A stretch of 64,000 nt of DNA from an uncultured Pseudomonadota bacterium (GTDB lineage: Bacteria > Pseudomonadota > Gammaproteobacteria > Xanthomonadales > Rhodanobacteraceae): contig CAVZZK010000004.1 of the NCBI GenBank assembly GCA_963779795.1, positions 129,967 through 193,966 of the forward strand. Reading direction: 5' to 3'. The position numbers and the translations under genes were made by a program. The stretch's first letter is position 1, and each line of letters starts with the position of its first letter. Below, piece after piece: positions 39,090 to 50,863 of the stretch. Below the pieces are notes generated by a model. That model did not search any database, was not told the origin of the DNA, and saw nothing but the letters and a program-made list of their open reading frames with translations.

Positions 39090-40121
39090 ATGCACAAACG
39101 TCATTCAGGAAAAACCGTTACTTTCATTTGCCTCGCGCTGCTGGCACCGTTGGCGATGGCCAGCAATGCGCCGCTGCAGTTGATCGGCAGCACCACGCTG
39201 CCCGGCTACACGGGTGATTTTGATGATCTGGCGCCGGATATTGCCCACAATCGGCTGTTCATGGCGGCCGAGGATCACGGCACGCTGGAAGTATTCAATC
39301 TAAAGACCGGGGCGCACGAGAAGACGCTCAAGACCTTCTCGACGCCGCATGCGATCCTGTATCTGCCCAAGGCCAACCGCCTAGTTGTCACCGACAGCGG
39401 ACCGCGTGGCACGCGCGTTCTCGACGCCACCACGTACAAGGTTCTGCATTACATCAAGCTTGAGCCCGGCGCCGATGCGATGTCTTACGCACCCGGGCGC
39501 GGTCGTGCGTACATCGTCACCGGGGGCTCGGACGTAGGCATGAAGCACTGCTACCTGACAGAAGTTGATCCGCTGAGCGGCAAGATCTACCGCCGGCGCG
39601 AGTTCGATTCGGACCATACCGACGCACTGGCAATCGAGCCGCATGGCAAGCGCATGTTTGTCAACATTGCCGACAAGGGCTATGTGGCGGTGATCAACAA
39701 GTACACCTTGAAGGACATCGCCAAGTGGCCGATCCATGGCGCCAAGGTCAACCTGTCGATGGCCCTGGATGCGAGGGACCAGCGTCTGTTCATCGTCACT
39801 CGAAAACCCACGCGGCTGTTCGTGCTCAATGCCACCAACGGCAAGCAAGTGGCGATGTTCAAGACCCCGGCCGTGGTCGACGGCGTGTTCTACGATGCCA
39901 AACGCCGCCGTGTTTATGTACCCGGTGCCGTGGGCAAGGTCGGCGTGTTCCAGCAACTTGATGCCGACCATTACCGGCACATTGCCGATGTGCCGAGCGC
40001 CAAGGGCGCCAAATCAGGTGTCCTGGCAACGGGGTTGGACCGTCTGTATCTGGGCGCATCGCCCGGTCACGAGCGGCACGTTGGCAAGCTTGTGTGGTTT
40101 CATGTCGGGACCAAGCCGTAA
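39090..40121 (+). CDS. Secreted beta-propeller protein (YncE/YVTN-repeat-like), paralog 2
   Basis: ATG 39090. Signal peptide MHKRHSGKTVTFICLALLAPLAMA. Repeated blade-like segments; similar to the 34412..35446 product. Confidence 0.6.
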   Translation: MHKRHSGKTVTFICLALLAPLAMASNAPLQLIGSTTLPGYTGDFDDLAPDIAHNRLFMAAEDHGTLEVFNLKTGAHEKTLKTFSTPHAILYLPKANRLVVTDSGPRGTRVLDATTYKVLHYIKLEPGADAMSYAPGRGRAYIVTGGSDVGMKHCYLTEVDPLSGKIYRRREFDSDHTDALAIEPHGKRMFVNIADKGYVAVINKYTLKDIAKWPIHGAKVNLSMALDARDQRLFIVTRKPTRLFVLNATNGKQVAMFKTPAVVDGVFYDAKRRRVYVPGAVGKVGVFQQLDADHYRHIADVPSAKGAKSGVLATGLDRLYLGASPGHERHVGKLVWFHVGTKP

Positions 40122-40224
40122 GCAAGGCACCGCCATCGGCGGGGAGACATGTCCCGAGCACACATGATGCCGTCGGCGAAAGAGCGTTGCGGCGCCAGCT
40201 GAATCTGAAGGGGAGAGCACGCCA

Positions 40225-41628
40225 ATGAATCAATCGTCCGCGGCATCAATCGGTGCGCGTCTGGACAGGCTGCCGCCCACGCGCGCGATCTGGGTGATCG
40301 TCAGCCTGATTTCGCTGGGCGGCGTGTTCGAGTTCTACGACCTGTTTTTTACCGGATACGTGAAGCCGGGCATGGTCAAGTCGGGCCTGTTCGAGCCCGC
40401 ATCCCTGGGCTTCTTTTCCCATCTGGGTGCAATCAGCGCCTCGGGTTTCGGCACGTTCGTGTTCTGCACGTTCGCCGGTCTGTGGGTCGGCGTAGTGCTG
40501 TTCGGGCATCTGGCTGACCGCTTCGGCCGGCGGCCGGTGTTTACCTGGTCACTGGTCTGGTACGTGATTTGCACCACGATTATGGCATTCCAGCGCAGCG
40601 GAGAAATGCTCAACGTGTGGCGTTTCATCGCCGGTGTCGGCTTCGCGGTGCAACTGGTAACCATCGACACCTACATCTCCGAACTGGTGCCACGCCAGTC
40701 GCGTGGGCGGGCGTTTTCGGTCAATCAACTGATCACCTTCAGCGTACTTCCCGTGGTTGCCCTGTTGGCCTGGTTGCTGGTGCCGCGCGCGCCCCTGCAT
40801 GTGGACGGATGGCGCTGGCTGATCCTGATCGGATCGACCGGGGCGGGGGTAGTCTGGGTGTTGATTCGCCGGATTCCCGAAAGCCCACGCTGGCTTGCGA
40901 TGAAGGGGCGCTACGCCGAGGCCGACGCGATCGTGAGCACGCTTGAGGAACAAGTGCAACGTCAGACCGGTCAACCGCTGCCTGCGCCGCAGCCGGATGG
41001 CGCCGGAGAGGCGACGTCGGTGGGTCGTTTCTCGGAAATCTGGTCCGCGACGTACCGTACGCGAACGATCATGTTATCGGTATTCAACATGGCCCAGGTG
41101 GTGGGGTATTACGGCTTCAACGCCTGGGTGCCCAGCCTGCTGATGGCACGCGGCGTGACCGTGACGCACAGTCTGGAGTACGCGTTCGTCATCGCCATCG
41201 CCCATCCCGTCGGGCCGTTGCTCGGTATCGCATTCGCCGACCGTATCGAACGCAAGACGCAGATTGTCGGCGGACTGATCGTGATGGGAGTGACCATGCT
41301 GGCGTTTTCGCGAGCTTCAAGTCCCGCGGCGCTGATCCTGCTGGGTGCGATATTCTCGTTGTCGGCGAATATCATGTCCTACGCCTACCACAACTATCAG
41401 GCCGAACTGTTTCCCACGCGCATCCGAGCCCGTGCCGTCGGTTTTGTCTATTCATGGAGCCGGCTTTCGGCCGCGTTCGCGGGACTGGCTATCGGTTATC
41501 TGCTGAATGTGGGCGGGGTGCGGGCCGTCGCCGTGTTCATTGCCATCGCCATGCTTGTGGGAATCGCGGCTATCGGGCTGTTCGGCCCATCCACAAGAGG
41601 ACGCTCGCTGGAACAGATCAACCAGTAG
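40225..41628 (+). CDS. MFS transporter (sugar-porter/metabolite:H+ symporter-like)
   Basis: ATG 40225 follows GGGGAGAG. 12 TM segments. Motifs: LDRLPPTR, GHLADRFGRRP (loop 2-3), PESPRWL. Confidence 0.8.
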   Translation: MNQSSAASIGARLDRLPPTRAIWVIVSLISLGGVFEFYDLFFTGYVKPGMVKSGLFEPASLGFFSHLGAISASGFGTFVFCTFAGLWVGVVLFGHLADRFGRRPVFTWSLVWYVICTTIMAFQRSGEMLNVWRFIAGVGFAVQLVTIDTYISELVPRQSRGRAFSVNQLITFSVLPVVALLAWLLVPRAPLHVDGWRWLILIGSTGAGVVWVLIRRIPESPRWLAMKGRYAEADAIVSTLEEQVQRQTGQPLPAPQPDGAGEATSVGRFSEIWSATYRTRTIMLSVFNMAQVVGYYGFNAWVPSLLMARGVTVTHSLEYAFVIAIAHPVGPLLGIAFADRIERKTQIVGGLIVMGVTMLAFSRASSPAALILLGAIFSLSANIMSYAYHNYQAELFPTRIRARAVGFVYSWSRLSAAFAGLAIGYLLNVGGVRAVAVFIAIAMLVGIAAIGLFGPSTRGRSLEQINQ

Positions 41629-41954
41629 CCGGCCGTGAGGCTTTGTCCGATAGCCGCAAGGGAATGCTCGTCGAGCCGCGGCGGGTGAAAACTTAAAGTT
41701 TTGTAATCTAATTTTCAGGCTGCATAGAAGCTTGCCACGTACTTTGGATACTGCTCGACACAGGTCCGAGGTGAGCCATACGCATGCGAAAAATCGATTG
41801 ATAACCGATGTACCAAAAGGCTTATCTCAGGGTTTTGAGCGCGAACGAAGAATCCACAAGCGCGTTGATGAGCTTGCAAGACCTTCAAGTCATCAAGGTT
41901 AACTAACCGCCGTCCGGAAATTCATACCCGTGCGCGGCCTCATGGGAGGGGATC

Positions 41955-44900
41955 ATGTCACAACAAGAGTCACCCAAGCTGTCCGGTCTTAGCGTAGCGC
42001 TCGCTGCCTGTCTGGCGATGCTGGCGCCCTATTCCAGAACATCTCACGCCGCGAATGCCGATGCCAGCAACGCCGAAACCGCGACGTCGGCAGCCGGCCA
42101 GAAGGCAACATCATCAACGAAGAAGCCGAAGGTCGAGCAGCTTGAGAATATCGTTATCACCGGCACGTTGTTGCCGACCAACCCGAACTCGATTGCCGTT
42201 CCGGTCACGACCCTGGATGCGCAGGAACTCCTGCAGACCGGCTCCACGAGCAACATGCTCGACACGTTGCGCAAGGTTGTCCCCGCCTTCGCCGGGCGCA
42301 GCAACGCGGGCGCGAGCAACGCGCAGAATCATCATCAATTTACGGCCGGAGGCTCGCAGATCGAGCTGCGCAACCTGCCGACGCTGGTTCTGGTAAACGG
42401 CCGGCGCCTGGCGCTGGATGCCGTCGCGGGCCTGAGTGGCAGCAAGAACTTCGTTGACGTCAGCCAGATTCCGGCCGCTGCACTGGAGCGGGTCGACGTG
42501 CTCACCGACGGCGCCTCCTCGCTGTACGGTTCCGACGCCGTCGGTGGTGTGGTGAATTTCATCCTCAAGCGCGACTACCAAGGCATGACATTTGGCAGCC
42601 ATTACGGTTCGGCGGACGGCGGCTACCATGATCGCTCGGCGTTTACAACATTCGGCAGTGACATAGGTCCGTTCAACGTTACCGCCACCATCAGCTACGC
42701 CAAGACCAGCCCGCTTTTTCAGAACCAGCGCCCGTTCACAAGCCCGCAGTACGGTGTTGTTCCGGGCACCGGTCTGCCGGGCGTCGTTGACGGCGGCAAC
42801 TATGTGCTGGGACCGGGGCTGATCTCGCCGCCTGTACCCGTCGGCACCTCCGCGACTGCCGGCAGCTACGCGGATTTGTCACCGAGCGTTTACAACGCGA
42901 CCAGTGCATCGCAGCTTTCCAATCGCTTCGACTATTCGCGGTACGCCATGCTGTTGCAGCAGGAGGAGCACAGGAACTTTGTCGCCAACATTACCTCGCA
43001 ACCGCTGTTCGGCGGCTCGGTGGAGGCCTTCGGCGACGTGATCATTTCACAGAACAAGGTCCATTCCACGGCGTGGCAGGCGGCGGGCAAGCCGTTTTCC
43101 TATGCCTCGCTCACCGTTCCGGCCGGGGCGCCCTACAATCCGCTGACCACCGACGCGACCGGGGTAACGTTTGCCGACCTGTCCCGGCCCAAAGGTGTGT
43201 ACGACACCACCGATGCGTATCGCTTCTCGGCCGGACTCAAAGGCAATTTGTTTGGCTCGTGGCGTTGGCACACCAGCGTCGATTACAGCGAGAGCAAACT
43301 CAAAGAGCGCGACACCAATCTGCTTTTCGCGCCCAATCTGGCATCCGCCGTCGCCGGTGGATACGATGCGAACGGCAACCCCGTTGCCGGCGGATCCTAC
43401 AGCCAGGTCTACGGTGGCTATTCGACCGATAATGCGTTGGTGCTGCAGCCGGCCCTCGATCCGTTCGCGGTAAGCGGCAACTCGGCCGAGGCGTTGGCCA
43501 ACATTCTTGGCACCGAGTTGCTGTACGGCGACAGCAAGTTGTATTCCTGGGACGCGCACGTCGTCGGCAATCCGTTCATGCTGCCCGCGGGCCAGGTAAG
43601 CCTCGCGGTTGGAGTGAACTGGCGGCGTGAGGAGGTATCCGGTCACGCCGATCCGAATGGTCGCGTCACCGACCCGGTCACCGGTACCACGGCCGGCAAT
43701 GACCAGAACTGGATCGGCGGTCTGTACACCGATCCGTTCAGTCATAGCCGGAACTTGAAGTCCGTGTATGCCGAAGCACGCATCCCGATTACCTCGAGCC
43801 ACATGAACATCCCGGGCTTTCACCAGTTCGAGTTCACCGTCGCCAGCCGTTTCGAGGACTACAGCGATGCCGGTAGCAAGAACTCTCCGAAGCTGGGTTT
43901 CCGCTGGGAACCCATCGACAACCAGTTCTCGGTCCATGCTACCTACACCAAATCGTTCGCTGCACCACCGCTGTATCAGGCCTACGGACCCTTCGACACC
44001 CGACCGGTGACCGACCGCCTCATCGGTATCGTGTTCGGTAGTCAGTATGCGGTTGGCGAAAGCTTCAATGGTGAAGACGGCGTCAATCCGTCGCTCAAGC
44101 CATCCACCTCAACGTCGCACTCGATCGGTTTTGAATTCCACCCAAACTTCCTCAGCGGCCTGACGCTGAACGCCGACTATTCCTCGATCGACCTGCGCGG
44201 CTTCCCCGGTGGCGCGGATTTCACGCGCATCCTGCAATCGGTCAACGACGAGGGTTCCGCTTCGGCGTACTTTGACAGCGTGAGCACGGGCAACTTCACC
44301 AACCTGGGCGGTAGCGACCCGTTCGGAACCCCGGGTTCCCTGTTGGCGTTCCTGACCGACCCGGCGACCGGCTTGCCCGATCCGAGCAAATATTCGCAGC
44401 TGTACGTTATCGACAGGTTCCGCAACCAGAGTGAGCTGATCGAGCACTCCTGGTTGTTGGGATTCAACTACATTCTTCCCACGGACCGGCACGGCACCTG
44501 GACGATCACGAGCAAGGGCGCGATATTCAATTCGTTCAAGTTCCAACGCCGTCCGGGCGATGCGTACCAGCAATACGCGGGTAACGCCAGCAACATCGGC
44601 GTGTTTGCCGGAACGTTGCCGAAATACCGCTTCTACACGACGCTGGATTGGGCGTTCCATAACCTGGACGTGACGCTGGCCAACACCTACATCTCATCGG
44701 TCGACGATGCGGGTGCTGCCGGCACGCTGCCGGGTATTTCGGTGCCCAGTTACAGCGTGTGGGATCTGCGAGGTTCTTACACATGGCCGCTCGGCGGAGA
44801 GGACAGCGACAAGCAAATCACACTCGCCCTGGGTGTGAATAATCTCGACAACACAATGCCACCAATTTTCCCGCGCGCGTTCACCAACCAGTACACCACC

Positions 44901-44966
44901 AGCGATATCGGCACCTACTCCCCCATCGGGCGTCTGGTGTACGGTAGCCTGTACGTGTCCTTCTGA
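41955..44966 (+). CDS. TonB-dependent outer-membrane receptor
   Basis: ATG 41955 follows GGGAGGGG. It has a long signal peptide. Plug domain: LENIVITGT..., RVDVLTDGASSLYGSDAVGGVVNFI. The 1003-aa barrel ends ...GSLYVSF. Confidence 0.9.
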   Translation: MSQQESPKLSGLSVALAACLAMLAPYSRTSHAANADASNAETATSAAGQKATSSTKKPKVEQLENIVITGTLLPTNPNSIAVPVTTLDAQELLQTGSTSNMLDTLRKVVPAFAGRSNAGASNAQNHHQFTAGGSQIELRNLPTLVLVNGRRLALDAVAGLSGSKNFVDVSQIPAAALERVDVLTDGASSLYGSDAVGGVVNFILKRDYQGMTFGSHYGSADGGYHDRSAFTTFGSDIGPFNVTATISYAKTSPLFQNQRPFTSPQYGVVPGTGLPGVVDGGNYVLGPGLISPPVPVGTSATAGSYADLSPSVYNATSASQLSNRFDYSRYAMLLQQEEHRNFVANITSQPLFGGSVEAFGDVIISQNKVHSTAWQAAGKPFSYASLTVPAGAPYNPLTTDATGVTFADLSRPKGVYDTTDAYRFSAGLKGNLFGSWRWHTSVDYSESKLKERDTNLLFAPNLASAVAGGYDANGNPVAGGSYSQVYGGYSTDNALVLQPALDPFAVSGNSAEALANILGTELLYGDSKLYSWDAHVVGNPFMLPAGQVSLAVGVNWRREEVSGHADPNGRVTDPVTGTTAGNDQNWIGGLYTDPFSHSRNLKSVYAEARIPITSSHMNIPGFHQFEFTVASRFEDYSDAGSKNSPKLGFRWEPIDNQFSVHATYTKSFAAPPLYQAYGPFDTRPVTDRLIGIVFGSQYAVGESFNGEDGVNPSLKPSTSTSHSIGFEFHPNFLSGLTLNADYSSIDLRGFPGGADFTRILQSVNDEGSASAYFDSVSTGNFTNLGGSDPFGTPGSLLAFLTDPATGLPDPSKYSQLYVIDRFRNQSELIEHSWLLGFNYILPTDRHGTWTITSKGAIFNSFKFQRRPGDAYQQYAGNASNIGVFAGTLPKYRFYTTLDWAFHNLDVTLANTYISSVDDAGAAGTLPGISVPSYSVWDLRGSYTWPLGGEDSDKQITLALGVNNLDNTMPPIFPRAFTNQYTTSDIGTYSPIGRLVYGSLYVSF

Positions 44967-45000
44967 GATCGAGAAAAACCTCCAACGGTCTCTCCCTGTT

Positions 45001-45047
45001 TGCCCGGGTCCCAAGCCATGCGTGGTTTGAGCCCGGGCATATTTTTC
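45001..45047 (+). terminator. Intrinsic terminator downstream of the TonB-dependent receptor gene
   Basis: TGCCCGGG(45001-08)...CCCGGGCA(45032-39), extended by inner pairing CAAGCCA/TGGTTTG around a TGCG loop, then TATTTTTC. Confidence 0.65.
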
Positions 45048-45141
45048 ATGTTGGTGGCGAATCTCGTGCGCTTCGCCCAGAAACGATGTTGCTGCCGTTA
45101 TCAAACGCGGCCGGAATTCCGTCACCATGCCACTTGGGCTG

Positions 45142-46974
45142 TTACTCCACGGTCACGGATTTCGCCAGGTTTCGCGGTTGATCGACGTCGGTGCCGCGCA
45201 GCACGGCGACGTGGTAGGCGAGCAGTTGCAGCGGCACGTTGAACACGATCGGTGCGATGACCTCGCCGCATGACGGCAGTACCAGCAGATGGTCGTCGCC
45301 GCCGGGAAGTTTGGCGGCGACGTCGGTATCGGCGAGTACGTAAAGTTCGCCGCCGCGGGCGCGGACTTCCTCCAGGTTCGACCTGAGCTTATCCAGCAGG
45401 TGGTCGTTCGGTGCGACGGCGACGACGGGCATGTTCTCGTCGACCAGCGCCAGCGGGCCGTGCTTGAGTTCGCCGGCCGGGTAGGCTTCGGCGTGGATGT
45501 AGGAAATTTCCTTGAGCTTGAGCGCGCCTTCCATGGCAATCGGATACTGTGCACCGCGACCGAGGAACAGGGCATGGTCTCGATTGACGAAATGTTCGGC
45601 CATGCGCTTGATCTCGTCGTCCAGTTCCAGCACGTCGTGCACGATGCCGGGCAGGGATTCGAGCCGGCGCACCAGGTCCAGATAGCGCAACTCGTCCAGG
45701 CCGTGATAGCGCGCCAGCTCCAGTGTGAGCAGGGCCAGCGCGACCAGTTGCGTGGTGAACGCCTTGGTTGAGGCGACGCCGATTTCCGGGCCGGCGCGGG
45801 TCATCAGCACCAGTTCCGATTCGCGCACGATCGAGGATTCGGGCACGTTGCAGATGGCCAGCGTGGCCAGGTAACCGGCATCGCGTGCCTGCTTCAGCGC
45901 CGCCAGCGTGTCGGCGGTTTCGCCGGATTGCGAGATGGTGACGAACAGTGTGTCGTCCGGCACGACCGGGTTGCGATAGCGGTATTCGGACGCGATTTCG
46001 ACATTGCACGGAATGCCGGCCAGGCTTTCGATCCAGTAGCGCGCTGCCAGTGCGGCGTGATAGCTGGAGCCGCAGGCGATCAGGTGGATGTTGCGCGTTT
46101 TGGTGAACAGGTCGCGCGCGCCGACGCCGAATACTTCGGTCAGAATCTTGCCGCCGCTGATGCGGCCTTCCAGCGTGTCGGCGATGGATTGTGGCTGTTC
46201 GTAAATTTCCTTGAGCATGTAGTGGCGATATTCGCCGCGCACGATCGCATCGGCGCTGAAATGCGCCTGCTTGACGGGGCGTTCGACGACTTGGCCGTTT
46301 TCGTCGTAGATGACGACGCCGCTGATGGTGACGTCGGCGATGTCGCCTTCGGCCAGGTAGATGAAGCGTTGCGTGACCGGCAAAAGGGCGTGGATGTCGG
46401 ACGCGAGAAATTGCTCGTTTTCGGCCAGGCCGACGACCATCGGACTGCCGCGACGTGTGCCGACCACGCGGCCGGGTTCGCGCTTCGAGATCGCCGCGAT
46501 AGCGTAGGCGCCGCGAAGGCGTGGCAAGGTTTTTCGCAGCGCGTCGAGCAGGTCCGCGCCTTGTGTCTGGTAGTGCTCGATCAGGTGCGCGATGACTTCG
46601 GTATCGGTCTGGCTGGTGAATTCATATCCCAGCGTCTTGAGTTCGGCGCGCAGTTCGTCGTGGTTCTCGATGATGCCGTTGTGCACCACCGCGACGCTGT
46701 CGCGCGAGGCGATCGGATGTGCATTGGTCGTGTTCGGCACGCCGTGCGTGGCCCAGCGCGTATGCGCGATGCCCGTGTGCCCGGCGATCGGGGCGCTGGC
46801 CTGCAGGGCTTCAAGTTCGCTGACCTTGCCCTTGGTGCGCACGCGTTGCAGGCCGTTATCGGTTAGCAGGGCGATGCCGGCGGAATCGTATCCGCGATAT
46901 TCCAGCGATTTCAGACCCGCGATCAGCGTACCAGCCACATCGCGCCGCGCCGCCGCACCGACGATTCCGCACAT
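45142..46974 (-). CDS. glmS: Glutamine--fructose-6-phosphate aminotransferase
   Basis: MCGIVGAAARRDV (N-terminal Cys nucleophile), two SIS domains, C-terminal ...AKSVTVE; 610 aa. Confidence 0.95.
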   Translation of the reverse strand: MCGIVGAAARRDVAGTLIAGLKSLEYRGYDSAGIALLTDNGLQRVRTKGKVSELEALQASAPIAGHTGIAHTRWATHGVPNTTNAHPIASRDSVAVVHNGIIENHDELRAELKTLGYEFTSQTDTEVIAHLIEHYQTQGADLLDALRKTLPRLRGAYAIAAISKREPGRVVGTRRGSPMVVGLAENEQFLASDIHALLPVTQRFIYLAEGDIADVTISGVVIYDENGQVVERPVKQAHFSADAIVRGEYRHYMLKEIYEQPQSIADTLEGRISGGKILTEVFGVGARDLFTKTRNIHLIACGSSYHAALAARYWIESLAGIPCNVEIASEYRYRNPVVPDDTLFVTISQSGETADTLAALKQARDAGYLATLAICNVPESSIVRESELVLMTRAGPEIGVASTKAFTTQLVALALLTLELARYHGLDELRYLDLVRRLESLPGIVHDVLELDDEIKRMAEHFVNRDHALFLGRGAQYPIAMEGALKLKEISYIHAEAYPAGELKHGPLALVDENMPVVAVAPNDHLLDKLRSNLEEVRARGGELYVLADTDVAAKLPGGDDHLLVLPSCGEVIAPIVFNVPLQLLAYHVAVLRGTDVDQPRNLAKSVTVE

Positions 46975-47003
46975 GCATCAATCCTCGAAATGAATGATTT
47001 AGT

Positions 47004-47264
47004 TTACCTGTTCGCGCGATTCGACGTGCGCCGCGCGATCCAGTCCCAGCCGAGAAACGTGACCCCCCAATACGGATACACGGCGTAGAGCATGTCGCTG
47101 GCTGAATGCGAACGCGTGTCGATGGCAAGGAAGACCTGTGCCATGAAGCCGAGTGCCGCGACGGTTACCGCGACACCGGCGGCATTTCGCGGCCGATACA
47201 GCCAGCCGCACGGGACGAACCATGCTTTGGTCACGGAACACACCTTGTTGGTTGGATGGCGCAA
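47004..47264 (-). CDS. Possible small membrane protein (up to 86 aa) between glmU and glmS
   Basis: ORF with high GC3 and two hydrophobic stretches (AAGVAVTVAALGFMAQVFLAI; MLYAVYPYWGVTFLGW). TTG start in the track, with alternative GTG starts at 47243 and 47234. No family recognised. Confidence 0.3.
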   Translation of the reverse strand: MRHPTNKVCSVTKAWFVPCGWLYRPRNAAGVAVTVAALGFMAQVFLAIDTRSHSASDMLYAVYPYWGVTFLGWDWIARRTSNRANR

Positions 47265-47295
47265 TTATGGGCCGCCCGGACGGGCAAGATGGCGA

Positions 47296-48669
47296 CTATT
47301 TCAGGGTTTTTTCCGGACGACGCCAGCCCGGGTGCGAGGTTTGCCGGGCCCGCGTGACGGTCAGCTCGCCAGCGGGGGCGTCGCGGGTAATCGTCGAGCC
47401 GGCGCCGATGGTCGCTTCCTTGCCCACCGTGACCGGTGCGACCAGTGCCGTGTTGGAGCCGATAAAGGCGCCGTCGCCGATCACGGTGCGGTGCTTGTTC
47501 ACGCCGTCGTAATTGCAGGTGATGGTGCCGGCGCCGATGTTCACGCCGGCGCCGATCTGCGAGTCGCCCAGATAGCTCAAGTGATTGGCCTTGGAGTTCT
47601 CGCCGATGACGGTTTTCTTGACCTCGACGAAGTTGCCGACGTGCACGCCGCCGGCGAGTTCGGCACCGGGCCGTAGCCGCGCGAATGGGCCGATGGTGCA
47701 GGCGCCATGGGTGACGATGCCGTCCAGATCGCAATGCGCGTTGACCACCGTGCCGGCGGCCAGCTTCGCATCGCGGATACGGTTGAATGGGCCGATGCGC
47801 ACGTGGTCGCCGAGTTCCACCGCGCCTTCGAAAACGACGTCGGCATCGATTTCCACGTCCGTGCCGCAGGTCAGCGTGCCGCGCAGGTCGAAGCGTTGCG
47901 GATCGATCAGGCGAACACCCGCCGCGCACAGTTGCCGGGCCTGGCGCAATTGGTAGTTGCGTTCCAGTTGCGCCAGTTGCCACGGATCGTTGGCGCCGAA
48001 GGCCTCGATTTCGTCCACGCATTGGAACAGTCCGGCCGGCTTGCCTTCCGCCGCGGCACGCGCAAAGACATCGGTCAGATAAAGCTCGCCTTGTGCGTTG
48101 GCGTCCTCTAGCGAGCCGACCCAGGTCCGCAACCGTTGTGCGTCGGCGGCAAGAATGCCGGTGTTGACCAGGTGGATGGCGCGTTGGTCGGGCGTGCAGT
48201 CGGTTTCCTCGACAATGGCGCCGACGCAGCCCATCGCGTCACGAATGACCCGCCCGTAGCCGTGCGGATTGGCCAGTTCCGCGGCGAGCATGGCCAGCGG
48301 AGCCGAGGCTTCGACCAGTGGCCTCAAGGTCGCCGCGCCGATCAGCGGCACATCGCCATACAGCACCAGCACGCGCGCGACATCCGGCACCTCGGCCAGT
48401 GCTTGCTGCACGGCATGGCCGGTGCCGCGCTGTTCGACCTGATGCACCCAGGCGAGATCGCTCTGCCCGTGGAAGGCAGCTTGCACCTGCTCACCGCGAT
48501 TACCGTGCACGATATGGGTCTGTGCCGGCGCAAGTTCGCGTGCGGTTGCGATAACGTGCGACAGCAAGGGTTTGCCGGCCAAAGGCAGCAGCACCTTGGG
48601 CAGCGCCGAATGCATGCGCTTGCCCTGGCCGGCGGCGAGAATCACGACGTGCAGGGGATATGCGGTCAT
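47296..48669 (-). CDS. glmU: Bifunctional UDP-N-acetylglucosamine diphosphorylase / glucosamine-1-phosphate N-acetyltransferase
   Basis: [20 protein letters not shown] and left-handed beta-helix hexapeptide repeats in the C-terminal half; 457 aa. Confidence 0.95.
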   Translation of the reverse strand: MTAYPLHVVILAAGQGKRMHSALPKVLLPLAGKPLLSHVIATARELAPAQTHIVHGNRGEQVQAAFHGQSDLAWVHQVEQRGTGHAVQQALAEVPDVARVLVLYGDVPLIGAATLRPLVEASAPLAMLAAELANPHGYGRVIRDAMGCVGAIVEETDCTPDQRAIHLVNTGILAADAQRLRTWVGSLEDANAQGELYLTDVFARAAAEGKPAGLFQCVDEIEAFGANDPWQLAQLERNYQLRQARQLCAAGVRLIDPQRFDLRGTLTCGTDVEIDADVVFEGAVELGDHVRIGPFNRIRDAKLAAGTVVNAHCDLDGIVTHGACTIGPFARLRPGAELAGGVHVGNFVEVKKTVIGENSKANHLSYLGDSQIGAGVNIGAGTITCNYDGVNKHRTVIGDGAFIGSNTALVAPVTVGKEATIGAGSTITRDAPAGELTVTRARQTSHPGWRRPEKTLK

Positions 48670-48728
48670 GTGCCTACAATAACGCAGACGCGCGGCTGCA
48701 TTCGAGTTTTTTCGTGGCGTAATGCGGG

Positions 48729-48756
48729 CAAAAAAACGCCGGCAGCGGGCCGGCGT
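48729..48756 (-). terminator. Intrinsic terminator after atpC
   Basis: The minus strand reads ACGCCGGC-CCGCT-GCCGGCGT followed by TTTTTTT. It lies between the atpC stop (48784) and the glmU start (48669). Confidence 0.7.
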
Positions 48757-48783
48757 CTTGAGATCGGTTGGAGATGCGCGAAC

Positions 48784-49209
48784 TCAGTGCTTCAGTCGGC
48801 GGCGCAATCTCTCCAGCGCCTGCAACTGCGCCATGGCCTGGGCCAGTTCAATCTGCGCCTGCGCGATTTCCATGGCATCGGTGCGATTGGCCAGTTGCTG
48901 CTCGGCCTGCTCCTTGGTGCGACGGGCCGCAGTTTCGTCGATGTCCTTGGCGCGGATCGCGGTATCGGCCAGCACCGTCACCACCTGCGGCTGAACTTCG
49001 AGGATGCCGCTGGACACGTAGAAGAACTGTTCCTCGCCATTCTCGAGGTGAACGCGCACCTGACCCGGCTTTAAACGCGTGATCAGCGGCGCGTGGCGCG
49101 GCACGATGCCGAGCTCGCCGGCTTCGCCGGTGGCGACGACCATGGTCGCGTCGCCGTGGAAGATTTCTTCCTCGGCGCTGACGATGTCGCATCGGATTGT
49201 GGATGCCAT
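48784..49209 (-). CDS. atpC: F1 ATP synthase subunit epsilon
   Basis: [44 protein letters not shown]...; 141 aa. Confidence 0.95.
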   Translation of the reverse strand: MASTIRCDIVSAEEEIFHGDATMVVATGEAGELGIVPRHAPLITRLKPGQVRVHLENGEEQFFYVSSGILEVQPQVVTVLADTAIRAKDIDETAARRTKEQAEQQLANRTDAMEIAQAQIELAQAMAQLQALERLRRRLKH

Positions 49210-49250
49210 GCTTGTGATTCCTTAGCTTGCCGATTATCGCGTTGCGGTTC

Positions 49251-50831
<1,581 letters not shown>

Positions 50832-50863
50832 TGTTTTGATCGTTGCCATCACTCACGACCGCA

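Noticed and set aside
41629-41954. Possible riboswitch (cobalamin or TPP) or Fur box in the 326-bp leader of the TonB-dependent receptor
   Set aside because: I could not find a B12 box, a TPP-type CUGAGA core or a GATAATGATAATCATTATC-like Fur palindrome. The region is simply AT-richer promoter DNA. A covariance-model scan (Rfam) would be needed to be certain.
45040-45141. glmS ribozyme or leader element near glmS
   Set aside because: The glmS ribozyme is a 5'-UTR element known mainly from Gram-positive bacteria. This segment is 3' of glmS. The 5' side (46975-47003) is only 29 nt long.
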